Shown here: positions 26,903-36,417 of the stretch, one piece after another | How positions within the stretch are numbered: the stretch's first letter is position 1 | How the letters are laid out: every line of letters begins with the position of its first letter | Origin: a virus | Taxonomy: Duplodnaviria; Caudoviricetes | DNA: 64,000 nucleotides | Virus record (IMG/VR): IMGVR_UViG_3300033072_001201 | Coordinates: 14,663-78,662 of that record | Strand: one strand, 5' to 3' | Translations under genes and position numbers: made by a program | Notes under the pieces: generated by a model | What the model was told of the DNA's origin: nothing | The model's database searches: none | What the model saw: only the letters and a program-made list of their open reading frames with translations

Positions 26903-27199
26903 ATGCAAATCCACATCCTCCTTCTAAAATACTTTATCAATTTCCATGACGCCGACGATGGAGATTGTTATGCTGGCGAGGGTAGCAAAATCATTAAAGT
27001 TTTTGCCGACAAACAAAATGCCGTCGAAATGGCTAATCGTCTAAATCCAGTATTGAAAAGTGCGGAGAAAGAAGATATTATTTTTCCAACTCAAAAATAC
27101 AACGGAATACTTAAACAAGAATTAGGATTTGATCGATTTGATATTGATGACGGATATGATTTTAATCTAGTAGTTGAAACGTTTGAAATTGAAAATTAG
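26903..27199 (+). CDS. Hypothetical protein
   Basis: 98-aa ORF. Confidence 0.7.
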   Translation: MQIHILLLKYFINFHDADDGDCYAGEGSKIIKVFADKQNAVEMANRLNPVLKSAEKEDIIFPTQKYNGILKQELGFDRFDIDDGYDFNLVVETFEIEN

Positions 27200-27362
27200 A
27201 CGAAAAGATTTTTTTACAAAAATTCCTCCAAATAATTCCCTCTCAAATTTTCCCTTTTAGTATTTCTGCTTAGCAGAACGTTTTTGCAAAGCAAAAAATC
27301 TTGACTAATTGGGAATTTTGGCGCATAGTAGGGTCGAAATAAAAACCACGCAGAAAAATATT

Positions 27363-27611
27363 ATGAAAAAATTCCAACTTCAGTATTTAGAAGTAATGTT
27401 AACTAGCGAAGAACTTACTTCTTATTTTAAGATTTTTGGTGATCGTTTTTGGAACGATACCGAAAATCAAATATTTATTCCGTTAGATCGTCTTAGCGAA
27501 AGCGATAATTTTACCGAATTTTTTGACAAAATTTGCAACTTTTTTGGAACAATTAATCTTGATCTCGTTAGTGGAATTTATATTGATTGCAATAACCTTT
27601 TGGTCGAATAA
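27363..27611 (+). CDS. Hypothetical protein
   Basis: ATG at 27363 after a promoter. Confidence 0.6.
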   Translation: MKKFQLQYLEVMLTSEELTSYFKIFGDRFWNDTENQIFIPLDRLSESDNFTEFFDKICNFFGTINLDLVSGIYIDCNNLLVE

Positions 27612-27620
27612 CTCTTCAAT

Positions 27621-27827
27621 ATGAAAACTTTTCGCGTAGATGTTTGCTGCCGGTGGATTAGTTGGCAAAATAATCAAGAACGCCAGCAAGGAATTACTAC
27701 AAAAATTTATAAGGTTCACGCCAATGATAAACATCAGGCTTCTATAAAAGCCGAAGATATGGCGTCAAGGGATGGTAATTTTAATCTTGGAAAACCAGAT
27801 GAAGTAACTGCAATTGAAGTATTTTAG
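27621..27827 (+). CDS. Hypothetical protein
   Basis: 68 aa. Confidence 0.65.
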   Translation: MKTFRVDVCCRWISWQNNQERQQGITTKIYKVHANDKHQASIKAEDMASRDGNFNLGKPDEVTAIEVF

Positions 27828-27838
27828 AGGGAAATATT

Positions 27839-28051
27839 ATGCAAATTGATAATGATATTTTTGATGATTTTAATAATCAGATTGATAAACTCAAGCAGGA
27901 ACTTTCTGTAAAAACTCCACCCGAAAATTGTTCGGTCGAAACAATTAATGGTTTTTATTCAATTATTGCACGTCATTTAAATCGCCTAGAAATTGCGCGA
28001 CGAATTTTTAACGAATATGCAAATTCTGGAATTGTAAAAATCCCCGATTAA
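27839..28051 (+). CDS. Hypothetical protein
   Basis: 70 aa, GAGGG leader. Confidence 0.6.
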   Translation: MQIDNDIFDDFNNQIDKLKQELSVKTPPENCSVETINGFYSIIARHLNRLEIARRIFNEYANSGIVKIPD

Positions 28052-28053
28052 TT

Positions 28054-28275
28054 ATGAAAAAATCATTGCAACAAACAATTTCAGACCTATTTGATAGTTT
28101 TACAGCTAATAATTCCAAACTTATCACCGATTATTTTTATTCCAAATATTCAACTGGATATTTTAATCATACCACTTTCGTCTTTCCGGGCGGATTAATA
28201 GACCACAATCGTTATATTAGAGAGAGGAATGAGTTTATCGTCGGACTAATTAAAGATAATTTGCCGAAAAGCTAA
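28054..28275 (+). CDS. Hypothetical protein
   Basis: 73 aa. Confidence 0.55.
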   Translation: MKKSLQQTISDLFDSFTANNSKLITDYFYSKYSTGYFNHTTFVFPGGLIDHNRYIRERNEFIVGLIKDNLPKS

Positions 28276-28420
28276 TATCGAAAAAACTCTCGCCGAAAAT
28301 TTTTCTCTTTAGAGAAATGAAAAACGAAGTTTTTTCTTGTCTAACTCGTTTTTTCTGCTACTTTATGGGGAGTTAAGGCAAATTCTGATTAAAAAACCAA
28401 AAACCAAACAATATATTACA

Positions 28421-29290
28421 ATGTCCTCTAATATTGATATTAAAACCCTCGCCGAAAAAGCATTGGTTACAAAAGTTTCCATTAGTTGCTTTAATGGAAT
28501 CGTTCAAGACAAGCAAATTACAAAAGATACTAATGACGCCAACGGTGTTAAAGGCAAGCGGGGAAGTTATACAAAGCGAATTTTGCAAGGCGATCATTTT
28601 AATGCAATGCAAAACAATCAGCAAAAGATTCGCAATTATATTATGGGAATTTCACTTCCTTGGCTTGACGGCGGTTGGCGATTGATTAAAAGTGTCGATT
28701 TTATTGAAACAAAGCGGAAACTTGACGAATTGATTGCCGATTTTAATAAGTCGGTAGATGATTTTATTGCAAATTATCAAGTTATCAAACAAAAAGATAT
28801 GGTCGAATTGGGGTCTGCTTATAATCCCAATGATTATCCTAATATTGAAACCATGCGCAATAAGTTCGGCGTAAAGTTTGTTGCCGAAAAGATTGCGGAA
28901 ACTGATTTTCGAAATAGTGGTTGGGATGCCGCTATTATTCAGGAAATGCAAGATAATGCACTGGCGGAATTTGAAAGTCGGCTAAATGCTGGTAAGGTTG
29001 AGATTATTACTCGTTTGCGCGATGAATTGGCGCATTTGGCGGAGAGGCTTGCAAAAGGATCTTTTAAGCAAAATAGCTTGACTAATATTCAGGAGGCTAT
29101 TGCATCGATTCGCAATCTTAATATTACCGATGATTCTGCACTTGAAACTCTTGTTTCTAATATTGGTGCGATTATTCCAACCGATGCGGAAGAAGTGCGC
29201 GATTCGCAAACTAAAATTGATGAAACAAAAGAAAATGTAAAGGTTAGTATTGAGGCGGTTGACGATTTGATTAGTGATGTTCTCGGTTAA
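28421..29290 (+). CDS. DUF3150-like protein
   Basis: ALVTKVSIS...SLPWLDGGWRL...YP..E.MRNKF pattern and linkage to AAA+VWA genes. Confidence 0.7.
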   Translation: MSSNIDIKTLAEKALVTKVSISCFNGIVQDKQITKDTNDANGVKGKRGSYTKRILQGDHFNAMQNNQQKIRNYIMGISLPWLDGGWRLIKSVDFIETKRKLDELIADFNKSVDDFIANYQVIKQKDMVELGSAYNPNDYPNIETMRNKFGVKFVAEKIAETDFRNSGWDAAIIQEMQDNALAEFESRLNAGKVEIITRLRDELAHLAERLAKGSFKQNSLTNIQEAIASIRNLNITDDSALETLVSNIGAIIPTDAEEVRDSQTKIDETKENVKVSIEAVDDLISDVLG

Positions 29291-29296
29291 TTAAAT

Positions 29297-29509
29297 ATTA
29301 TTAAACCTCCCAAATGCACAAATTCTCGTCATAGTTGGAAACCTGTTGGCGGTTGCAAAGAAAATCCCGGATATTGGGGAATCGGTGGCTCTGCAATTGC
29401 TTATGGCGAAAAATGCCGGCATTGTGGAATGGAAAGAAGCCGAGTTTTTGGCGATGTAAATAAATGCGGAAATAGAAATCATGGTTGGCGATATTCTCCG
29501 GAATATTAA
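29297..29509 (+). CDS. Small Cys-containing hypothetical protein without an ATG start (ATT?)
   Basis: KCTNSRHSWKPVGGCKENPGYWGIGG...CRHCG; in frame with the upstream stop. Confidence 0.5.
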   Translation: MIKPPKCTNSRHSWKPVGGCKENPGYWGIGGSAIAYGEKCRHCGMERSRVFGDVNKCGNRNHGWRYSPEY

Positions 29510-29532
29510 TAATTAGTTGTTGAAATAATATC

Positions 29533-29574
29533 AATTAGCCAATTTGCTTATTGCCGATTGGCTAATTTATTTTT
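29533..29574. terminator. Intrinsic terminator (possibly bidirectional)
   Basis: AATTAGCCAAT/ATTGGCTAATT stem with a T-run. Confidence 0.6.
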
Positions 29575-29751
29575 ATGACAAATTTCAAAGTAGGACAAAA
29601 AGTTAAAACTTCAAACGCCGAAGTTGGCAAAATTATAGAAAAACATCCTGTTATTTCAGAAGCTTGGAATATTAAAATAGAGAGAAAATTTGGGAAAGAA
29701 ATTGAAAGCGTGACGGAATATTATTTTGAGGAAGAAATTATAAAACTTTAG
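29575..29751 (+). CDS. Small SH3/KOW-like hypothetical protein (58 aa, not in ORF track)
   Basis: MTNFKVGQKV..VGKII; stop overlaps the convergent HEG stop. Confidence 0.55.
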   Translation: MTNFKVGQKVKTSNAEVGKIIEKHPVISEAWNIKIERKFGKEIESVTEYYFEEEIIKL

Positions 29752-30581
29752 GTTGTTGGTTGGTTTAATTGATAAAATTTATCAACTTTTTCTTTGTATC
29801 TTTCTGCCCATTTTATATTTCCATTTAGATATTTTACTTTAATTAACTCGGAATCTATAACTGGATCAATGTATTTAAAAGTCCAACCTCTTTCGGAGCA
29901 AACTTTTTCAGCCGCTTCGCGTTTCGCTTTATTTTCAATGGTCGATTGAAGTCTAACTGGTTTTATCTCAACCCATTGATTATCAATAAGGTAGTCACCA
30001 AAATAATTACGGGTTTGACCATTATAATCAATATATTGAACTGCATATTCTCGTTTTTCTAATGATATATAAGGTTTGTTGTTATCTATAAGGTCGATTA
30101 ATATCATTAATTCGCGAAGGCTTCTAAAGTAAACGTTTTTATACCAACCTTTCCAACCGTTACCGGAGCCTTGCGGGCTAGGTTTTCCATACATATGATT
30201 ATTTTTACCAGACATTTGAATTCTTCTCTTCTCTTTCATTAATTCCATTCTTTTATCTGCTTCTTCTTTCCCATATTTTTTTAACCAAACAGAATAAACA
30301 GAACGACCTTTCATTGGATTATTTTCTGTACTAATTTTTCGCATTTTTTCTAAAAATTCTGGAGTCTTCCAAACAGCGTATCCACTATCTTTTCTTTTTT
30401 GTCGCGCTTTTTCTATTCCCTCTTTTGTATATTTTACTTTACATTTATTACAACTCCTCCGTTCCTTATTTGCGACGGAAGCGTTTCCCCTTAAAGTATA
30501 AAAAACAACCGATTTACATTTTGGGCAAATTCTAGTATATTTTACTTGACCGTCTATTATTACTTTATTAATGTTATCCAT
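29748..30581 (-). mobile_element. Free-standing homing endonuclease: NUMOD3-like repeats plus TnsA-like PD-(D/E)XK domain
   Basis: ENNPMKG / GKNNHMYGK motifs; YFRSL.E...YFGDYL...VEIKP. Confidence 0.75.
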
Positions 30582-30684
30582 AGGTTTTATAAGTTCACCC
30601 ACAAATACACTAAAAACATATCCTTTTCCGGGAAAACTAGAAAAAAGTAAATTTTAGTTGATTTTTTGAAAAACGAGAAAAGAC

Positions 30685-30713
30685 TTGTGCAACGGGAATT
30701 TTTCTGCTATTTT
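30685..30713 (+). promoter_or_regulatory. Sigma70-type promoter (near-identical to 31804-31832)
   Basis: TTGTGC-AACGGGAATTTTTCTGC-TATTTT. Confidence 0.7.
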
Positions 30714-30746
30714 CGAGAATCAGCCAAAACTCTAACCACATATCAT

Positions 30747-31736
30747 ATGAAACCGTCTCAAGTTATCGAAGTTCTTAAGGTTGCTTATGTTAATAATCGT
30801 CGAGTCTTGCTTACGGGCTCGCCGGGAATTTCCAAAAGCGAAATTATGAAACAAGCTGCTAAAGAAGTTGGTTATGAAATTGTAATGCTTCACCCTGTTG
30901 TAAGTGATCCGGTAGATTATAAAGGATTTCCGTTTGTAAATGCGAATGGCGAAGCCGATTTTATTCCCTTTGCTACTTTGAAAAGAATGATTGATGCGGA
31001 TAAGCCAATTATTTTTGCGTTTGACGATTTAGGTCAGGCGCAACAAAGTGTGCAAAGTGCTCTTATGCAAATACTTCTGGAACGCGGGGTAAATGGAAAA
31101 AAGATTTCCGATCATGTTCGATTTGTAGCTGCAACTAATCGACGCAAAGATAACGCTGGAGTTGGAAACCTTATTACCCCTCTTCTTAATAGATTTTCTT
31201 CGATTATCGAATTAGAGCCTAATGTTGAAGACTGGTGCGCGTGGGCACTAAAAAATAATGTTCCAATTGAAGTTATTCAATTTATTCGATTCCGGCGCGA
31301 ACTACTTTCTAATTTTAAAGCCGAAAAAGATATAAAGAATTTTTCGTCACCTCGCAGTCTATACGAAATGGGGTTATGGATTCAACAAGGAATTTCTGAT
31401 ATTGAAGTTCTAACTGGTTGTGTAGGAGAAGCTTGCGCAGTAGAGTTTCTGGCTTTTTACAAAATTTTTCAGTCAATTAGTAATTTGCCCGACCAAGTAT
31501 TTAATAACCCCCTTTCCGCCAAAATTCTTGATAAACCCGATCAAATGTTTGCATTGTTGGGTGTTCTATCGAAACGTGTAAACGACGTTAATATTACCAA
31601 TCTCTTCAAATATCTTGATCGAATTCCAAAAGAATTTCAAATGGTAGTTGTGTCGAATATTATTTCTGGCAAACCTGAATTGCAAAATACAAAAGCTTAT
31701 ATTGATTGGCAAATCAAAAATGCTGACATGATTTGA
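30747..31736 (+). CDS. MoxR-like AAA+ ATPase
   Basis: Walker A GSPGISKS, Walker B FAFDD, AATNR, LLNRF, SPRS. Confidence 0.9.
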   Translation: MKPSQVIEVLKVAYVNNRRVLLTGSPGISKSEIMKQAAKEVGYEIVMLHPVVSDPVDYKGFPFVNANGEADFIPFATLKRMIDADKPIIFAFDDLGQAQQSVQSALMQILLERGVNGKKISDHVRFVAATNRRKDNAGVGNLITPLLNRFSSIIELEPNVEDWCAWALKNNVPIEVIQFIRFRRELLSNFKAEKDIKNFSSPRSLYEMGLWIQQGISDIEVLTGCVGEACAVEFLAFYKIFQSISNLPDQVFNNPLSAKILDKPDQMFALLGVLSKRVNDVNITNLFKYLDRIPKEFQMVVVSNIISGKPELQNTKAYIDWQIKNADMI

Positions 31737-31803
31737 GATATAAAATGGGCCGGAACTAAAAAATCCGGCTCTTTGTATTGCAAAAAAATCCCTCTCAAAA
31801 TTC

Positions 31804-31832
31804 TTGTGCAACGGGAATTTTTGTGCTATCTT
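31804..31832 (+). promoter_or_regulatory. Sigma70-type promoter
   Basis: TTGTGC-17 nt-TATCTT. Confidence 0.7.
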
Positions 31833-31860
31833 ATTTCAAATCAGAAAACTCCCTCCAAAA

Positions 31861-33003
31861 ATGAATCGCGCAAATTTACCCAACAAACTAGTCAAAGCTA
31901 TTAACGCTCTAATACTAGACAATCCATTTTTTGCAACAATAGTATTGCAACGCGATATTATTATTGACGAATCTTGTGATACTGCATGGACCGATGGACC
32001 TACAATTGGATTTTCGCCTAAATTTATTGAAGAAAACGATTTGGACGTTCTAAAGTTTACTTTAGCTCACGAAACTTTGCATATTACAAATTGTCATCAC
32101 ACTAGAATGAATGGCAAAGATTCTGAACTTTGGAATAAAGCCGCCGATTATGCAATTAATTGGCTACTTCGCGAATATGGATTTAAATTGTGGCCGAATT
32201 GTTTGATTGATAATAAGTTTGCAAACAAATGCGCCGAGGATATTTATCGGACTTTGCAATCTGAGCCAAAAGACCCGAATAAACAAAATGGCCAAAATGG
32301 TGGAAAATCCGGGCAACAAGCTTTCGGCGAAGTAAGACCGTGCCCAAAAGGTAAAGAAACCGAATTAGAAGAAGAAGCAAAGATTCAAACCAAGCAAGCC
32401 GCGCAAATTGCGAAACAGCAAGGCAAGTTGCCAGCCGGAATGCAAAAAATGTTTGATAATGTTCCGGCAAATGTTGATTGGCGTGAGGCTCTAGCCCAAT
32501 TTGTATCAGTTGTCTCAAATAATGATTATTCTTTTAATAAGGTGAATACTCGTTATAGTCAAACGGGATTTATTTTCCCCGGACTTTATAGTAAAGAGAT
32601 TGGCAATGTTATTGTGGCATGTGATACTTCGGGCAGCGTTACGGCCAAGGAAGTTAGTATTATGATGAGTGAGCTTATTAGTATTTTGGAAAATTTGTCG
32701 GAACGCCAAGATATTGAAGTTCCAACTATATATTGCGATTCACAAGTTAATCATTTTGAAATTTTGACTAGTGGTGATGTTCCCAAACCAAAAGGTGGCG
32801 GCGGAACTGATTTTCGGCCACCTTTTGAATATGTTAATAAGAATTTGGAAACTCCCGCTTGTTTGGTGTATATAACTGACGGCTATTGTAATTCATTCCC
32901 TGAAAATCCGGGCTATCCTGTTTTGTGGGCGTTGTTTGTAAACAATCCCTCTTTCAAACCTCCGTTTGGCGAAGTTGTATATATTTCGCCGGGAAGTTAT
33001 TGA
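31861..33003 (+). CDS. DUF2201-type metallopeptidase plus VWA domain protein
   Basis: TAWTDG, HETLH, WNKAADYAIN; MIDAS DTSGS; GGGGTDFRPPF; YITDG. Confidence 0.9.
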   Translation: MNRANLPNKLVKAINALILDNPFFATIVLQRDIIIDESCDTAWTDGPTIGFSPKFIEENDLDVLKFTLAHETLHITNCHHTRMNGKDSELWNKAADYAINWLLREYGFKLWPNCLIDNKFANKCAEDIYRTLQSEPKDPNKQNGQNGGKSGQQAFGEVRPCPKGKETELEEEAKIQTKQAAQIAKQQGKLPAGMQKMFDNVPANVDWREALAQFVSVVSNNDYSFNKVNTRYSQTGFIFPGLYSKEIGNVIVACDTSGSVTAKEVSIMMSELISILENLSERQDIEVPTIYCDSQVNHFEILTSGDVPKPKGGGGTDFRPPFEYVNKNLETPACLVYITDGYCNSFPENPGYPVLWALFVNNPSFKPPFGEVVYISPGSY

Positions 33004-33034
33004 TGGGATGGGAAATTAATATATTAACAAAAGT

Positions 33035-33226
33035 ATGAAAACCAAATATTATACAATTTTATTTTATGGCGATGGGTATTCATTTGAATATCTTGGAGAG
33101 TTTGAAAATTTTACGAATGCACAATCTGCGGCATGGCTTAAATCTACAGCAAAACTTAATGTAATTTCAGAATCGTTGCTAAAAGATATGATTAAAACCA
33201 TCAACCAAATGTTGGCTAAATCTTAA
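33035..33226 (+). CDS. Hypothetical protein
   Basis: 63 aa. Confidence 0.55.
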   Translation: MKTKYYTILFYGDGYSFEYLGEFENFTNAQSAAWLKSTAKLNVISESLLKDMIKTINQMLAKS

Positions 33227-33227
33227 T

Positions 33228-33428
33228 ATGAAACCTTCAATCATTGATTCTATTGACTATCCGGGCGGATTTATTGTAACTGGCGTTGATCGTGAAAATA
33301 AACGATTCAATCGGCGCTTTGCATCTAATCAAATTCATTTTGTTTTTAGTATTAACCTTTGGCGCGGTCATGTTTGGGGTGTTAATAAAGACGGAAAGCG
33401 AAAGATGCTTAAATCAGTTTATAATTAA
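33228..33428 (+). CDS. Hypothetical protein
   Basis: 66 aa. Confidence 0.7.
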   Translation: MKPSIIDSIDYPGGFIVTGVDRENKRFNRRFASNQIHFVFSINLWRGHVWGVNKDGKRKMLKSVYN

Positions 33429-33503
33429 AAAACGGCAAAACTAACAATCCGATTATATTAGTTTATAGTCGGACGATTTATTTTATCAAAATCCCACCGA
33501 AAT

Positions 33504-33884
33504 ATGAAATTCCAAACTTTCAAATCTGCATCCGATTTAGTTTTAGCCGCGAATCTTGCAATTGAAAATAAATTGTTTATTCCAAATTGGGGATTGATTG
33601 ACGATTTGAATATTATTGCAAATTGGTTGAATGCAAATTATAAACTGACTTCCTCTTTTAAAATTGTCCTTTGTTTTTCTAGCGGGAAACCAATTGCAAT
33701 TAGTCTTTTTGACAAAAAATCTAAGCAATTATCAACTTTTGTTAAACCTCTTTATCGGAATCGGGGAATTGCAAAGAAATTAACGGAAATTCAAAATATC
33801 CGGTCTTATTGTTGGGTTGGAGAGGGTAATAAATATTCTGCCAAATTTGCAAAATCGGTGAATTTGGAATATAGAAAAAATTAG
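33504..33884 (+). CDS. GNAT-like acetyltransferase
   Basis: Motif A-like FVKPLYRNRGIAKKL. Confidence 0.6.
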   Translation: MKFQTFKSASDLVLAANLAIENKLFIPNWGLIDDLNIIANWLNANYKLTSSFKIVLCFSSGKPIAISLFDKKSKQLSTFVKPLYRNRGIAKKLTEIQNIRSYCWVGEGNKYSAKFAKSVNLEYRKN

Positions 33885-33895
33885 ACGGAAAATTC

Positions 33896-33924
33896 TTGTC
33901 TAGCGGGAATTTTTCTGCTACCTT
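33896..33924 (+). promoter_or_regulatory. Sigma70-type promoter
   Basis: TTGTCT-17 nt-TACCTT with TG extension. Confidence 0.7.
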
Positions 33925-33944
33925 AAAGAATCAAAGGAGATTTT

Positions 33945-34370
33945 ATGCAAAAACAAACTTACGTTGTCAAATTTGATTCGCGCAATCTTTATTGCGACAA
34001 TCTTGTTTTTATTGGAACGGAAGAGGAATGCATTAACTTTGCTTACAAAAATAATGAGCAAAGCCGCAAAACCGGCGATTATTTTCTTTATCGGGTTCGC
34101 GATTTTTTTAATGGGCGATCAATTTATATTGATAATAAGTTCGCGGGCGAATTCGTTGAAAATCTAACTGATTATATTGGTGAAACCCTAGAATGGCGGC
34201 AAAAACAATTGTCAAAAGGTCCAATTGGAGAACATAAATTTGAAGGAATAAATTGCCTACCATACAAAATTTATGGTCGGCGCAAAGTGTTTTCTATTGA
34301 ACACGGATCTGTTAATCAAATTTTGGTTAAAAATCTAACTGGCGATGATTTGGTTTGGATTAATATTTAA
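33945..34370 (+). CDS. Hypothetical protein
   Basis: 141 aa, AAGGAG leader. Confidence 0.7.
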   Translation: MQKQTYVVKFDSRNLYCDNLVFIGTEEECINFAYKNNEQSRKTGDYFLYRVRDFFNGRSIYIDNKFAGEFVENLTDYIGETLEWRQKQLSKGPIGEHKFEGINCLPYKIYGRRKVFSIEHGSVNQILVKNLTGDDLVWINI

Positions 34371-34380
34371 GGAATTATTT

Positions 34381-34650
34381 ATGAAAACTTTTTCTACTCT
34401 TAAAAATGTTCCGGGAGTTCCTGATAATTATTTTGGTTTGATTTTCGGACAGCAAATCGAATATCGTTATAAAATTGCAGATTATACAAAAACGGCTAAG
34501 CAAATTCATTTGTCGCAAAAACGCCAATCTTATAAAAAGGCGATTAGAGAATTCGTAGAACTTTATCGTCCTATTAATTATTATATTCCGCAATTTAATT
34601 GTGATCAATTTTGTTCAGATGATTCTTTTATTGTTTACTATAATAATTAA
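34381..34650 (+). CDS. Hypothetical protein
   Basis: ATG at 34381 after AAGGA. Confidence 0.7.
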   Translation: MKTFSTLKNVPGVPDNYFGLIFGQQIEYRYKIADYTKTAKQIHLSQKRQSYKKAIREFVELYRPINYYIPQFNCDQFCSDDSFIVYYNN

Positions 34651-34662
34651 CTTTCTTTATTT

Positions 34663-34911
34663 ATGAAAACAGCTTCCACCCTCTGTTATAAACCCTATAA
34701 ATGTTCCCAATGTGGTTTTGAAAAACAAATTCAAACAAATCATTTCGGCGAATGTTATTCGCTTGGCAATTATAATGCCTGCCCTAATTGTGCGCCTTTT
34801 AAACGGCCGACAACTTGGATTTGTCAACTAGAGTGTCCGCCAGATATGCAAAAGCCCGAACCGTGGAAAACGGTAAAATTAAGTGATGTTTGCGAAATTG
34901 TTAAAATTTAA
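34663..34911 (+). CDS. Zn-ribbon hypothetical protein
   Basis: CSQC...CPNC. Confidence 0.75.
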   Translation: MKTASTLCYKPYKCSQCGFEKQIQTNHFGECYSLGNYNACPNCAPFKRPTTWICQLECPPDMQKPEPWKTVKLSDVCEIVKI

Positions 34912-34921
34912 CAATAATACT

Positions 34922-35083
34922 ATGAAAAATCAATATGCTCTTATAGTTAATGGCCGATTTCATGAAATCGGCGAAGAAAATTATATCAATAATCTTTTTA
35001 ATAATCGAACAAAAGATGGTTCGGTTGTTTTTATTGCGCGAGGACATTTCAATAAAAAGATGATGGGAACTAATTATAATTGA
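34922..35083 (+). CDS. Small hypothetical protein
   Basis: ATG at 34922. Confidence 0.5.
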   Translation: MKNQYALIVNGRFHEIGEENYINNLFNNRTKDGSVVFIARGHFNKKMMGTNYN

Positions 35084-35119
35084 TAGAATTATTATAGAAA
35101 AAATTCCCGCCGAAAATTC

Positions 35120-35148
35120 TTGTTCAAACTGATTTTTTCTGCTACTTT
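35120..35148 (+). promoter_or_regulatory. Sigma70-type promoter
   Basis: TTGTTC-17 nt-TACTTT. Confidence 0.7.
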
Positions 35149-35200
35149 TGAGAATCGACCAAGATTGTAACTAAAAACTTCAAAAACGAGGATTTATTTT

Positions 35201-35428
35201 ATGATTGCAAACCTTACTCTCGCCGATTTGTCTAAACTTTCTTATCGTTCAATTCTTTGTCATAAAGTTTTGAAAAATGCCGATGAAACGGCTTTGCGCT
35301 GCCGAGTTAATGGTAAAATTAAAACTTGGAAAACTCGGCCGAATGATTTTCAATTGCCAGTTAAACATGGTTTGCGCGATTGTTTTTATATTAATCAGAA
35401 TACTATTGGCGACTGGTATATTGAATAA
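35201..35428 (+). CDS. Phage hypothetical protein (RVNGK.KTWKT motif)
   Basis: 75 aa, GAGG leader. Confidence 0.75.
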   Translation: MIANLTLADLSKLSYRSILCHKVLKNADETALRCRVNGKIKTWKTRPNDFQLPVKHGLRDCFYINQNTIGDWYIE

Positions 35429-35463
35429 TTACCAGAATTTTAACATTTAACTGGATTTTTTCT

Positions 35464-35715
35464 ATGAAAACTTGTGATATCAAAGCTGGCCAAAAATATA
35501 TTCGAATTGATCCTATTACTAAAACCCAAACTATTTATTTGGGTATTGTAAAGGAAGCTTATAATCCAGATCGCATTGTAAATCGCGATTTGATTATTAT
35601 TTCTAGCGAATTTCCTCATTTAGTAGGTCAAACTGTCAGAAAATTTGGAGATAAATATGGTCGGCGCGAATTTTGGAATGAATTGCAGGAATATAATAAA
35701 GATGTGACTATTTGA
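35464..35715 (+). CDS. Hypothetical protein (paralog of 10449-10712)
   Basis: Shared motifs with 10449-10712. Confidence 0.7.
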   Translation: MKTCDIKAGQKYIRIDPITKTQTIYLGIVKEAYNPDRIVNRDLIIISSEFPHLVGQTVRKFGDKYGRREFWNELQEYNKDVTI

Positions 35716-35740
35716 GTATTTTTCTTTGTTTATTATTTTG

Positions 35741-35768
35741 CCCGGCAATTAATTTTGCCGGGTTTTTT
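35741..35768 (+). terminator. Intrinsic terminator
   Basis: CCCGGCAA/TTGCCGGG plus T-run. Confidence 0.75.
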
Positions 35769-35797
35769 GTATAAAAAAAGAAAGAAGAAAAAATTTC

Positions 35798-35826
35798 TTG
35801 TCTAAACGGAATTTTTCGGCTACTTT
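35798..35826 (+). promoter_or_regulatory. Sigma70-type promoter
   Basis: TTGTCT-17 nt-TACTTT. Confidence 0.7.
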
Positions 35827-35845
35827 ACGGGACAAACAAAAAATC

Positions 35846-36043
35846 ATGAAAACATTGATTCAAATTCTTAGTTTTTGGGATTGCTTCGGTTTCAAGGGAA
35901 TTATTTCTCTTTTTCGTAAAGTTAGTTGGATTCAAGATATTAATCTTGCAAACAACGGAATTGATATTATTTCGTTTGATAAAAATGCTGGTTATTTTAC
36001 CGGCACTTATTTTCAAATGCGCAAATTCACCAATAGTAAATAA
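35846..36043 (+). CDS. Hypothetical protein
   Basis: ATG at 35846. Confidence 0.5.
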   Translation: MKTLIQILSFWDCFGFKGIISLFRKVSWIQDINLANNGIDIISFDKNAGYFTGTYFQMRKFTNSK

Positions 36044-36091
36044 GAATTTTTCAAACTAATCCAAGTTATAAACTAAAACAGAGGAAAAATC

Positions 36092-36358
36092 ATGAATATG
36101 CAATCTTTTTTTAATTCTCTTTCGGTTGCTGAAAAGGTTGAACTCGACGATCTTATTTATGTTTGGAAAAAGCAAAATGCTACCGAAGTTGCTAATTCTA
36201 TTATCTTGAACGAAATGGAGATTGCTGATGTTCAGAATAATTTGAAAATCGAAGCGATTAAATCTATTAAAGATCGTTGCGGTTGTTCTCTTCTTGCCGC
36301 TAAAATTGCGGTTGATAATTTTGAAGAAAAGATTCGTTTGATTGGGCTTAAGAAGTAG
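36092..36358 (+). CDS. Protein with a ribosomal bL12 (L7/L12) C-terminal-like motif
   Basis: KIEAIKSIKDRCGCSLLAAKIAVD resembles the bL12 CTD KI.VIK.VR...GLGL.EAK..V.; GAGG leader. Confidence 0.65.
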   Translation: MNMQSFFNSLSVAEKVELDDLIYVWKKQNATEVANSIILNEMEIADVQNNLKIEAIKSIKDRCGCSLLAAKIAVDNFEEKIRLIGLKK

Positions 36359-36377
36359 TTTTAAGTATATTATTTCT

Positions 36378-36417
36378 AATCCGCAATTTGGACTAATAAT
36401 CCGGTTGCGGATTTTTT
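36378..36417 (+). terminator. Intrinsic terminator
   Basis: AATCCGCAA/TTGCGGATT plus T-run. Confidence 0.75.
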
